From Candidatus Methanoxibalbensis ujae (GTDB taxonomy: Archaea; Halobacteriota; Syntropharchaeia; Alkanophagales; Methanospirareceae), in assembly GCA_026134085.1 (NCBI GenBank), contig JAOQIN010000018.1, positions 1-33,718 of the forward strand: 33,718 nt of DNA. Reading direction: 5' to 3'. Position 1 is the first letter of the stretch, and each line of letters starts with the position of its first letter. Under the pieces are notes generated by a model. That model saw only the letters and a program-made list of their open reading frames with translations, did no database searches and had not been told where the DNA came from. The translations under genes were made by a program, and so were the position numbers. Below, piece by piece: positions 1 to 9,128 of the stretch.

Positions 1-313
1 GGAAGAAATCAAATAACTGGCTGAAGCAGCTGAAGCGTTTATGCAAGATATACGAGAAAATAGAGAGGAGGAGAGACGACTCACAAGCGCGGTTTTATAA
101 CTATGCATAGCGGTTGAAGCCTTGAAGCATGAAGAGGAATCACAATCTTTCATCTGAAATTTCAATCTTAGGGGAAATTCCTTCACTACCTGCAAGGCTG
201 AAAGAGCCGGTAAGACAGTTGTGAAGGTTTCTCCAAGAGGAACATCCGAAGGTCTATCTTGGGATGACCCGTTGCGAGATCACATATCTGCTCGTAGAAT
301 GAAAGAGGACTGA
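1..313 (+). pseudogene. tnpB: C-terminal part of a degraded IS200/IS605 TnpB (frameshifted, runs off the window start)
   Basis: Manual translation in shifting frames gives KKSNNWLKQLKRLCKIYEKIERRRDD, CIAVEAL (RuvC-II like) and CKAERAGKTVVKVSPRGTSEGLSWDDPLRDHISARRM (RuvC-III like), with stops or frameshifts between them. Confidence 0.75.
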
Positions 314-456
314 AGAAACAGGGGCCGGCCCTCTGAGCCTGTTGAGAGGAGACCTATACTCCATGTTCCCGCAGAGGCGGTGATCACGGGCAAGTCTCCT
401 CTGAGAAGCAGGAACCCAACTGGATGCCCCTCTCTGAAGTGAGGGGAGGAAGACAC
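314..456 (+). mobile_element. IS200/IS605 right end, putative omegaRNA scaffold region
   Basis: Stem gaggagac...gtctcctc and subterminal hairpin gcccctctc-tgaagt-gagggg, ending GAGGAAGACAC. Same layout as the right end at 30050-30081. Confidence 0.65.
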
Positions 457-622
457 AATCTGCTAAGGCTATGTCAACTACCTTATTGAATTCGCTACTA
501 AGTTTTGAATTAAATTTAATCGTATTTTTACTATCATTATCACCGACATTTATCCACTGATTGACTAAAACTACAGATGATAGTGCCACAATTACACAGG
601 AAACTATCAGGATCTTTTTCAT
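457..622 (-). pseudogene. 5' part of a secreted or membrane-anchored protein gene truncated by the IS605 element
   Basis: GAGGTG RBS, signal-peptide-like MKKILIVSCVIVALSSVVLV, AT-rich coding up to 457. The rest of ORF 254..622 is read-through into the IS end. Confidence 0.6.
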
Positions 623-712
623 TTCTGTCCCACCTCATTTCTTTTTTACCCATCATTATCTTTTTTATCCCTTAAATATTATTTCAAACTTTCCTTTTTG
701 GTCATATCTTTC

Positions 713-798
713 GCCTAACGTTCTGGAGATATGTGAAGTTTGTGGAGCAGAAGCGGAGCAAAATTGGGCGAGCGCAAGCGAGCCACCTCCTGTCAGGC
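713..798 (-). repeat. attC-like site 1 (integron cassette recombination site-like)
   Basis: Minus strand reads GCCTGAC-aggagg...aacttcacatatctccagaac-GTTAGGC (near-consensus R'', perfect GTTRRRY), just downstream of the MTase stop. Highly similar to 23122-23201. Confidence 0.6.
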
Positions 799-849
799 GT
801 GGGCGATAGACCCGAAGCAGAGTGGAAAGTTCGGCTCGGCGGCGCCATT

Positions 850-2241
850 TTACTTTCTTTTTTTAAGATTTTCTTCAATTTTATCACAAACATCCTTCAT
901 AATTTCGGAGGCTTCTTCTACATTTCCCCTTTTTCTTTCACTGATCATCTTAAGATACACTTCTTTGAACCATGGTAGCTTGCTAAGGTCAGGTAATGAA
1001 AGGGGTATTTCTTTTAATAGAGATATAGGGATAGTCACAGTTCCAACTCCTCTTGCCAATCTTTTTATCTCTTTCTGAATCGTAGGGGTCTGTAGCCAAA
1101 AAGCAAGGTAGAATGGCGATATTCTTTTATCCTTTACCCTCAAAATATATATCCAGTCATCGGCAATTCCCTTTTCATTTTCTGAGGTTACTACTGCCGT
1201 ACGCCCTATACATCCAACTCCAACTCTGACAAAAACCAAATCCCCTATCTCAACATGAGCATTTTTATAATCCATAGAGCTATCTGATTTAACAAACTTT
1301 TTGTCCTTTGAAAAATCAATCCCTAATGAAGTGACAACTTTTGCTGAAATGAAAGGTATGCCCTCCTTGAAAAATTTTCTCTCTTTGCCATATTTCGTTC
1401 TTCCCTGCTTTATTTCTATATCAAAGTCTTTTAACTTTGGAAGTCCCTCAAGGAGTGGATTTTTATCTAAATAAAACTCTGGATATAAAAACTCATTCGG
1501 ATAGGTGAGGATAGATTTTTTAAAATTCCCCGATCGTAGCTCTTCCAGATTTTTAACCGCTACAAAAAGAACTTTTTCACTTCTAACCTTTTCCTTTTTA
1601 CCTATTAAGATGCATGTCTTTGATGTCGTTTTTCCATTTCTAAATATACTTCTCGGCAGAGAAAATATGGCTATTATGGATAAATGCTCTTTAATATAAC
1701 TTCTAACATAACTTAACTGAATGTTAGAAAAAATTCCTTGAGGCAGTATTATACCTATCACTCCTCTGGGTCTGCATAATCTAATAAATTTTTCTAAGAA
1801 TAATATTTCTATAGCCTGAGATTTTCTTCCTTTGCCAAGTTCAAACTCATTTAAAATAGTAAGATCTTTTACTCTTCCATATTTAGAAGAAAAAGGGGGA
1901 TTACCGACTACGAGATCAAATATACCTTCAGGTTTTAACCCCAATCCATCATCTATGTGAATATATTTCTTTATATCACGAGGTAAAAAGTTTAAAATTG
2001 AGCCGTCTATATCCACACCATAGGGTTTAAATCCCTCGCTTTTTAAACTTCGCAGAAAAACGCCATCACCACATGCTGGATCACATGCAATTCCCTTCCT
2101 GTCTTTCAACTGTTTTGATGCAAAAGATACAATAAAATCAGCAACTTCTTGCGGTGTCCAGAATTGCCCATACACTTTTTCTTTTCTATTGAAATGCTGA
2201 ATAGCTTGGTTTGAAATCCAATTCATTTTCACTTCCTGCAT
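850..2241 (-). CDS. N6-adenine DNA methyltransferase with C-terminal target-recognition domain (probable cognate of the R.PabI-like enzyme)
   Basis: GQFWTP, DPACGDGVFL (motif I), VGNPPF (motif IV); HsdS/TRD-like C-terminal region. Start may be 2226. Confidence 0.9.
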   Translation of the reverse strand: MQEVKMNWISNQAIQHFNRKEKVYGQFWTPQEVADFIVSFASKQLKDRKGIACDPACGDGVFLRSLKSEGFKPYGVDIDGSILNFLPRDIKKYIHIDDGLGLKPEGIFDLVVGNPPFSSKYGRVKDLTILNEFELGKGRKSQAIEILFLEKFIRLCRPRGVIGIILPQGIFSNIQLSYVRSYIKEHLSIIAIFSLPRSIFRNGKTTSKTCILIGKKEKVRSEKVLFVAVKNLEELRSGNFKKSILTYPNEFLYPEFYLDKNPLLEGLPKLKDFDIEIKQGRTKYGKERKFFKEGIPFISAKVVTSLGIDFSKDKKFVKSDSSMDYKNAHVEIGDLVFVRVGVGCIGRTAVVTSENEKGIADDWIYILRVKDKRISPFYLAFWLQTPTIQKEIKRLARGVGTVTIPISLLKEIPLSLPDLSKLPWFKEVYLKMISERKRGNVEEASEIMKDVCDKIEENLKKRK

Positions 2242-2972
2242 TTTGACACCACCTGTTGCAAAATTGATTGTATATCGTTTCTATGCTGACAGGAAGCTAT
2301 GGCAAAAGCTTTAACAATATCAATAATAATTTCCTTGTTTTCGGAAGTTATCTCTAATATTCCAAACTCTCTTGGCCTTGCGGTTCTCCCCATTAACAAT
2401 TTCCCACCCCCATCTTTTAATTGATTTATATAGATGCAGAGGTAAACCATAGCCTGTAACCCCACAGCTCTTTGTTTATGCTTAAGGATAATCTCTACAA
2501 AATAACCTTTTTCTGCGTTATTTTTTATGAATAGCGGTGATTTTTCTATAAATTTTTGAAATCCTCCTTTTACCTCATATTTTGTCCCTTCTCTTAATAT
2601 TTCTTCATTTTCTTCCAGCGTATCCTCTTTTTTTATATCTTTAATGAAAGTTTCCATCTCTCGAATATCATTATTTGAAAGAATTCCGATTTTAATTCCT
2701 TCGCAAAGTAACTTTGTTAATTCAAAACCGACTTGCCCATTTAATTTAATATCCTCTACTTTTGATTCAACAGGTGGATTGTCTGTAGCATATGAAATTT
2801 GCCACTCTACATAATCAATTTCTTTAAAAACTTCTTTTCTTGTAGCTATTGGGATTCCATAATTTGATGTTTTCCCTCTTCTTTTTACACGTATCTTCCC
2901 TGTGGGATTAGTTAGAGGTAACTTTACTATTAGTTTGCCTTTCCCCACCTCTATTTTAGCTGGTATGTTCAT
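2229..2972 (-). CDS. R.PabI family (HALFPIPE) restriction DNA glycosylase
   Basis: LPLTNPTGKIRVK, YVEWQISY, LKHKQRAVGLQAMVY and AFAIASCQHRNDI match R.PabI as I recall it, including the catalytic Tyr/His/Asp positions. Confidence 0.88.
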   Translation of the reverse strand: MNIPAKIEVGKGKLIVKLPLTNPTGKIRVKRRGKTSNYGIPIATRKEVFKEIDYVEWQISYATDNPPVESKVEDIKLNGQVGFELTKLLCEGIKIGILSNNDIREMETFIKDIKKEDTLEENEEILREGTKYEVKGGFQKFIEKSPLFIKNNAEKGYFVEIILKHKQRAVGLQAMVYLCIYINQLKDGGGKLLMGRTARPREFGILEITSENKEIIIDIVKAFAIASCQHRNDIQSILQQVVSKCRK

Positions 2973-3715
2973 TTTCCTTCCCTTTCATTAAAAAATAACT
3001 TTCCCTGATAATATGTTTTATGGTTAACAAATTTGTTAACCCTTTTTTGTGCCAATTTCCAGTATGATTCTTCTATTTCAAAACCTATAAATTTTCTGTT
3101 TAATTGAATACACGCAACAGCAGTACTTCCACTTCCTATAAAAGGATCTAAAACAATATCATCCTCTCCTGTAAACATTTTCAAAATTTCCCTAAGGAAA
3201 TGTTTTGGTTTTGGAGTTGGATGATCCATATATCCTTCATCAGGCTCAACCATCTTCCCGGGGGTATCAACAAAAATATCTTTTCCCAAATGGGGAATTT
3301 TAGGATTGCCTTTTTTAAAAACGAAAGCGGACATATACTTTGTGTCCCCTATGGGAGATCTGACCATCCCCTCTGGACAGTAGAGAACAACCTGCCAGAA
3401 ATATTTGAATGGATTATTTTCAAATAGTTTTGGCAAAAACTTTGTACTGAAAAAGGTAATAAAGAAACTGTCATCTTTTAACACCCTGTAGCATTCAGGC
3501 AAGATTCTGTAAAATGTAGTTAAATCAGCATCGTTCTTTATCCCATCTTTACTAAGTCCATACGGGGGGTCAGTCAAAACAACATCTACAGAATTGTCAG
3601 GGATTAATTTGATAAGGTCTAATGCATCTCCCAAAATTATTTTGTTTATGAAATCTTCTGGAAATCTTAATTTTTTCTGTATTAATTCATTCATTATTTT
3701 ATTTGCTCGGCTCAT
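2969..3715 (-). CDS. Beta-class N4-C/N6-A DNA methyltransferase
   Basis: Motif order TDPPY ... HPTPKP ... DPFIGSGST. Start moved to 3715 (MSRANK) after GGAGAGAGTGA, because the longer ORF overlaps the attC-like site. Confidence 0.9.
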   Translation of the reverse strand: MSRANKIMNELIQKKLRFPEDFINKIILGDALDLIKLIPDNSVDVVLTDPPYGLSKDGIKNDADLTTFYRILPECYRVLKDDSFFITFFSTKFLPKLFENNPFKYFWQVVLYCPEGMVRSPIGDTKYMSAFVFKKGNPKIPHLGKDIFVDTPGKMVEPDEGYMDHPTPKPKHFLREILKMFTGEDDIVLDPFIGSGSTAVACIQLNRKFIGFEIEESYWKLAQKRVNKFVNHKTYYQGKLFFNEREGK

Positions 3716-3793
3716 GATCACTCTCTCCATAATACCATAATTTAATTGATTCCAGCCTTTTAAATCTATTGATGAGCCGCCGAGCCAAATTTC

Positions 3794-3853
3794 GGACAAC
3801 TGGCAGGTATGCGAAATTTGCAGGATATAGCAATCCACATCCTCCTGTTGATC
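3794..3853 (-). repeat. attC-like site 2 (short, degenerate)
   Basis: Minus strand GATCAAC-aggaggatgtggattgc...gcaaatttcgcatacctgcca-GTTGTCC forms an imperfect hairpin and shares the ACAGGAGG and (a)A(c/t)TTC(a/g)CATA boxes with the other two sites. Confidence 0.45.
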
Positions 3854-4555
3854 TCAAAGGTCGAGCCACGAAGTTGATGAGGGCGAAGTGGAGGCATCAT
3901 TTTCTACACTTTCTTTGGGGAATTCCATGGTTTATCTATTAATTAAATATGCAAAAGCGAATGCAAAAGCGCAAAACCACACTGGACAACCGCACCCGCT
4001 GCATAACAAGGGTTTGAGCAAAACTTGCGAAGCCGAATGCCATGAAGTCAGCCAATTTATAATATTGCTGGCTATTCTTTCCGGTCTTTCAGGCTTCATC
4101 CAACATCATATATGTCCAGCGGATGAATTGGATGCTCAAATACCAACAACACAGAATCTGCGTTCTCAAGCAAAAGATGTTGAGAGCATAACTGAAAAAA
4201 AATTTGGGAATCTCTCTTTATTTGCACATATTCAGTATCACTTTTGATTTCACCTCCCATTTCAATTTCACCTCCTATCGTAGCATGACAAAGTGAGAGA
4301 GGTGGCATCGACGATCGCCGTTATCGTATTGAAGACATACAATATCTTTCGCCTCTTCGAGTGACTCCTCAGGTAACCTCCTTATCGCCTTATTAGTATT
4401 TTCCAGTCATCTCGTATAATCGCTTGCAGCTAATGCTCGGGCGAGGAGTGGAATTGCCCGACCACGGCTACTTTTGCCAGCGTTATTATTGCTTTTATTG
4501 TATAATTTTTTTTATAAAAAAATAAAAAAAATAATATTTACTGTACTGCGCATGC

Positions 4556-5830
4556 TTACGCCACACCCTCAATTTCATCCACTATTTCTGTCGCTATATC
4601 CTCCAGCGGTGGCATTGACGACATTGCAGTAGTCTTTCCACACTTCGGGCAGTAAGACCAGCATGCGCAATCCGCATCTAATTCCTGACCTGTCTCCGGG
4701 TCCTGCAAGTCAACATACCATACAGCACTGAAAGGCGTTTCGCCCCATTCGCCTATGTGGAACGGCACTTCAAATGTCTTATTGAAGTTTGCTGGTAATG
4801 TCACTCTGTATATTTGTCTCCAATACCCAAACGTAGGAACGCCAAGGTACAATTTGAATATTACTGGATCGTCTGTTGGATTGGAGATATCCATGGTAAC
4901 CTTCATATTGTCGCAAGGACAGTATTTGAATTTGTCTGTGGAGATTGATACCGAGGGCTTTTCTTCTGCTAATAGCCACTCTACAATATTTGACAATAGT
5001 AGTTTTTCCTCATCTGTAAGTATCTCTGGATAGTAGCTGGGATGTAAAGGGGTCATATCTCCACAGAACACTGCTTTTCCTGATCCATACTCAACTGCAG
5101 CTAAGACAGGAGGATATGAAGTATAATAGGTTGAATTGGCGTCATCGTCTCCTTTTGCTATGATTTTAGATGGTAAATCCACATTTAAAGAGCAACCTGC
5201 ATAGTAACCGAAGCTTTCTACTCCTTCTGTTATTGGATGTGTCTCGAGAATATGAATAAGTGGCCAATAATAGGTCCCGTTTACATTATCTGTTGGATCA
5301 TAAACTGTGTCATCGTTGAATGTAACACCGAACTCTTGGGAGACTGAATTTGTTGTAGTATCTCTTCCGTATTCTCCAAAGACCCATATTCCTCCACCAT
5401 CTTCGACATAACTCACTATAGAATCGATTTCAGAACTCGTAAATTCGATTTCAGCATAAGGTATCAGAAATATATCATATCCTTCTAACCTGCTGCGGGT
5501 TATAGGTCCTGTGCTGAGTTGATCTACTATCCATCCCTGAGATACGAGATAATCTGTGAATCCGCTTACATTAAAAGTCTGACCATGAGTGCGATCAATT
5601 AACATTTTTCCCTGTGATAATATGGGTTCCGAAATTTTTTGATTTTGATTTTGATTTTGATCTTGATCTTGATTCATTGGAGGCAGCACTCCTTCTGTTG
5701 CGTCAGCATCATTATCGGCTTGCACACTTGCTGTAATTGCTCCAGCCATACCTATTAGCCCAGCCATACCTATTAGCAATACCGCGCAAACCGTCAACAC
5801 CACCGCTTTTCTTCTTTTTTTGCTTTTCAT
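4556..5830 (-). CDS. Secreted protein with a DUF4350/GldG-IFT52-like (class I glutamine amidotransferase-like) domain and an Ig-like C-terminal domain
   Basis: Basic N-terminus plus hydrophobic helix, QDQNQNQNQ linker, LIDRTHGQ, YVEDGGGIWVFGE, HPITEGV, YGSGKAVFCGD, LLSNIVEWL; GAGGTG RBS. Confidence 0.75.
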   Translation of the reverse strand: MKSKKRRKAVVLTVCAVLLIGMAGLIGMAGAITASVQADNDADATEGVLPPMNQDQDQNQNQNQKISEPILSQGKMLIDRTHGQTFNVSGFTDYLVSQGWIVDQLSTGPITRSRLEGYDIFLIPYAEIEFTSSEIDSIVSYVEDGGGIWVFGEYGRDTTTNSVSQEFGVTFNDDTVYDPTDNVNGTYYWPLIHILETHPITEGVESFGYYAGCSLNVDLPSKIIAKGDDDANSTYYTSYPPVLAAVEYGSGKAVFCGDMTPLHPSYYPEILTDEEKLLLSNIVEWLLAEEKPSVSISTDKFKYCPCDNMKVTMDISNPTDDPVIFKLYLGVPTFGYWRQIYRVTLPANFNKTFEVPFHIGEWGETPFSAVWYVDLQDPETGQELDADCACWSYCPKCGKTTAMSSMPPLEDIATEIVDEIEGVA

Positions 5831-6145
5831 TTTTCTTTTTCACCTCTTATTTAACTTTTTCACCTCCTATTTAACGGTGATTGTATGGCCTTTAAAAAGT
5901 TTTTGGTTTTCACGCGCATAGGTTACTCAGCAGCCTTTGCCTTATCTGATGTGTGTTCTGTGAGAAGGTAGTAATCTGTGAGAATGCAGTAAAGAAAGGA
6001 TGACGGGTAGCGAAGTCCACCCTGTGGATTCATATGATTCTTCACTGAATCTCCGAAACAACAGCCCATCCATCATATCCAAGTCCCTCGCCGCACATTC
6101 AGCATGCCCTTGTTGATTTCATTCTCTCCCTTTTCACATTTCACA

Positions 6146-8266
6146 TCAAATTCTGACATTGATCTGACGGAAGCGATGTGCTGGAGCCTTGAAACAGACA
6201 GAAACTATGCGTCTTGGAGGAAATGGAGTTATCATGATTTCTCTTAAAGGAATTCTTATATGTGTGGAAGAAGGTTCTATTCTCTTGAGCATTTTATCTC
6301 TGTACCAGACAGTGATGACACTTCCCTTGGGGCAACTGGACAATGTAATGTCGAGATAAGTCCCTCTCTTTACAGCCTGTATATCTATTGTGATAGGATT
6401 GGCTTTCCATAGCTCTATCGTTGGATCGCCTATGACGTGATAAATTTCAAAGTGGTCCTTGATACCTTCGTTGTCTCCACTATGTGCAACCGGCAGATAG
6501 GATTTTGCGTAATTGAGGATATCTCCCAAACGGTTGTATTTCACAGGATAGCTTGCTGTTGAACCCGGGAATGTGGGCAAAACACCAGCCCACACAGCAT
6601 CAAAAAGCGCCTTTATCAGGCTGTCGTTACGCCATGTCCCTGAAGCTCTGCTGGCCGCTATCAGTGACGGTGCTCCCCCTTTCATTCTCAATATCTTCTC
6701 CGCAAAGGATTCAGTGGGACCTGCCAAGTCAAATTTCCCTGTCAAACAGTTAATGCTGAAAAAAATCGTCGGATATTCACTGGTAATTGCGTCCAGGTGG
6801 CTTTTCTTAAAAGAAGGATGACTCCAACCATCTGGACCTCCGTGATCCCTGTGCCCGATGATCAACTGTCCCTCTGCAGTTGCGGAAATTAACATTCCTG
6901 TTGCGGTATCAGCATCCACTATGGAATCCCTGACTTCCTGCGGGACCGGAGTGCCATCGCGGTAGAACTGTGGATTGGGGTTATTGGAAACATATACTCT
7001 TTCAACATCAAACCCAAGCATGACCATACGCTCCCGAATATCCTCCAAAGTCTTTATGTATTTTCTGTCCGCTCTTCCATCCTGCGGATAATTATCCTGG
7101 AAATATGCAGCAAATGTCATCCTGCGATAGTATTCAGGGTCGCAAGGAGGATTCTTTTCATAGCGAATGATCTGATCTACCACATCCATTCCCTCTTCCA
7201 ATGTCCTGACAGGTATGCGACCTATTGAGAGCCAGGGCAACACCAAGTCAGCAGAGCTTGTTGCATCTCTTGGAGTTGAATAGTAATAATCCGTAATATT
7301 AGAACCAAACGGCCCACCAGATATTGTCTCAGATGCAATCATATCCACATCGCCAAATAAAAGGACATATCGCAAACGAGAAAGAAGGAATCCTCTTCTT
7401 CTGCGGATGTATGTTTTTATCTCGTTAACCGAATTACCAATTTCTGAAATGGAGACAGTTTCCGTAAGTAGACCACGCATATTTTTCCATTTTGCCAGTT
7501 TTTCTGCTGCATCCCTGAGAGTGTCGTGATATATGATCAGAAATTCCGGTCCTGAAGGGATGGGAGGAACAGGAGGACGTGGTTCAATTCCCAGCCTCTC
7601 CTCAATTCTTCTTCTCGGATTGAGAAAAAGATTTCCATATACCTCTCTGTCGAGTTCTGGATGAAAGGGATACCCGGCTGATCCTTTTTTTGCTGGCATT
7701 ACCTGGATATCAACCACAATGTTGCCATAGCCTATCAGTTTCCTTTTTGCGGGATTATACTGAAATGGTCTTACATGAATCAACAGCGCGTTATAACCAT
7801 CTATCTCAAAGGGCCCAGTGACCTCAACGACATCGCTCGGATAGAGCTCATCCCTGGAATAGAAATCTCTGTCATACTCAAAGGCATGTTCCTGCTCCGC
7901 ATTATCCGTCAATTTCTCCTGCGCGGGCAACACCAGCACATCATCAAACTGTATCGGTTCGCCTTTCTTCACTGTAAACTTAAAATCGCAGTTGAAGGGA
8001 ATCTGCACATATCTGCCAAACGAAGGCAGCAAAGGCTTACCGCTTTCGGACAAAAAACCTACTTTTGGGATATCAACCTGCTTGAAGGACACCCTTTCTC
8101 CTTCCACATCCTGACTGTCGTCCGAAAGGTAGAATCCCGGGAAGATATACGATATGAAAATACGTCCCTTTGACTCTTCCACCTTGACAATAGGTTCTTC
8201 GCCGTAAATCTCGGCATCAAATCCCTCCGGGAGCCCTGCCGGATTTAAGGATTTGAACTCTCTCAT
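6146..8266 (-). CDS. Peptidase C25 (gingipain-like) with N-terminal propeptide
   Basis: Propeptide GKPLLP...PFQYNP; YVLLFGD, IGRIPV, catalytic HRDHG and SINCLTG, YHVIGDP. Start at 8266 after AAGGAGGT; no obvious signal peptide. Confidence 0.88.
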   Translation of the reverse strand: MREFKSLNPAGLPEGFDAEIYGEEPIVKVEESKGRIFISYIFPGFYLSDDSQDVEGERVSFKQVDIPKVGFLSESGKPLLPSFGRYVQIPFNCDFKFTVKKGEPIQFDDVLVLPAQEKLTDNAEQEHAFEYDRDFYSRDELYPSDVVEVTGPFEIDGYNALLIHVRPFQYNPAKRKLIGYGNIVVDIQVMPAKKGSAGYPFHPELDREVYGNLFLNPRRRIEERLGIEPRPPVPPIPSGPEFLIIYHDTLRDAAEKLAKWKNMRGLLTETVSISEIGNSVNEIKTYIRRRRGFLLSRLRYVLLFGDVDMIASETISGGPFGSNITDYYYSTPRDATSSADLVLPWLSIGRIPVRTLEEGMDVVDQIIRYEKNPPCDPEYYRRMTFAAYFQDNYPQDGRADRKYIKTLEDIRERMVMLGFDVERVYVSNNPNPQFYRDGTPVPQEVRDSIVDADTATGMLISATAEGQLIIGHRDHGGPDGWSHPSFKKSHLDAITSEYPTIFFSINCLTGKFDLAGPTESFAEKILRMKGGAPSLIAASRASGTWRNDSLIKALFDAVWAGVLPTFPGSTASYPVKYNRLGDILNYAKSYLPVAHSGDNEGIKDHFEIYHVIGDPTIELWKANPITIDIQAVKRGTYLDITLSSCPKGSVITVWYRDKMLKRIEPSSTHIRIPLREIMITPFPPRRIVSVCFKAPAHRFRQINVRI

Positions 8267-8818
8267 TTTTCGACCTCCTTCACTTATCTTTCTCACCGGA
8301 TGCATTACTGCATGGCCTATATAAAAGTTTTTTTATTTATTGATATGGCATGTCCTCACCATCTCACCATGTTGAGCGAACATCCTGCATAACCTGTTCC
8401 AGCCTCTCCTACTCGAACCTCAACTCTTCTCCTCGAACCTCAAGATCTCTCACTTTTCCTTCCGGAGCAGTATAATCTGTCCAAAATCATCCGCCTCACA
8501 CATCCTGATCTCTCGTCTGGAGGTTCATCTTATCAGAGTATAGCATTTCCGTTGTGCTTCTTTCATATAAGCAAGCTATTACGAGTTTTCCTTCTTATTC
8601 TCCTCACCAAAAAAGCGTCCCTCCAGTAGTGGACGGCCGATTTGCAAACATTTGAGATTCTTCCGGGATGAGAGGAGATACATCGCCGCAACTTTTATTT
8701 CACTTTTTTAAATCAAATTCTTTCAGCAGTTTTTTTTATATCCGCCGTCACCGGCCGCCGTCACCGGATAGTCTCTCATTTGCTGTTTGATGCTTATTCG
8801 GACACGTCGGGAAAAACG

Positions 8819-8940
8819 ATGGAAACAGAGATAACAAAGACAATCAAGTGCAGCTCATTGACGAAGCGAAAGTTGGAACTGCCTAACAGTGAATACGAAG
8901 ACTTCCAACACTACTTGAAGACTGGCAGAGGTATTCTGCA
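8819..8940 (+). pseudogene. N-terminal remnant of a TnpB/Cas12f-like protein
   Basis: METEITKTIKCSSLTKRKLELPNSEYEDFQHYLKTG resembles the N-terminus of archaeal TnpB/Cas14-like proteins; the rest is missing. End coordinate approximate. Confidence 0.5.
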
Positions 8941-9128
8941 ACAATTCCTAATTTTGCGCAACTCAAAAGCAGTTGATACTTTTTCTGTTCTCTGTGCTAT
9001 GGTTATCACAGATAGAAAGATGTTTGAACATTACAATAGTCTGTGGGCTCAATAATGCAAAACCGTGGGCTCAATAACGCAAAACCAGCGAAATCATCGC
9101 CAGGTTCAGTTTTATTCTCCCTATATTC

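Noticed and set aside
702..1078. Short ORFs sharing RAQASHLL with 23062-23334
   Set aside because: The similarity is just translation of the attC-like DNA repeat, not a protein family.
3888..4308. ORFs 3888-4247 (+) and 4096-4308 (-)
   Set aside because: No recognisable domain; probably decayed sequence (a minus-strand IASNIINWL fragment only faintly resembles the neighbouring gene).
4428..4488. Fourth attC-like site (minus strand TAATAAC...ATTAGCT, tcgggc/gcccga stem)
   Set aside because: The position fits, but both cores deviate and it lacks the boxes shared by the other three; too weak to call.
5639..5677. Hexamer repeat (ttttga/tcttga)
   Set aside because: Simple coding microsatellite for the QD/QN linker.
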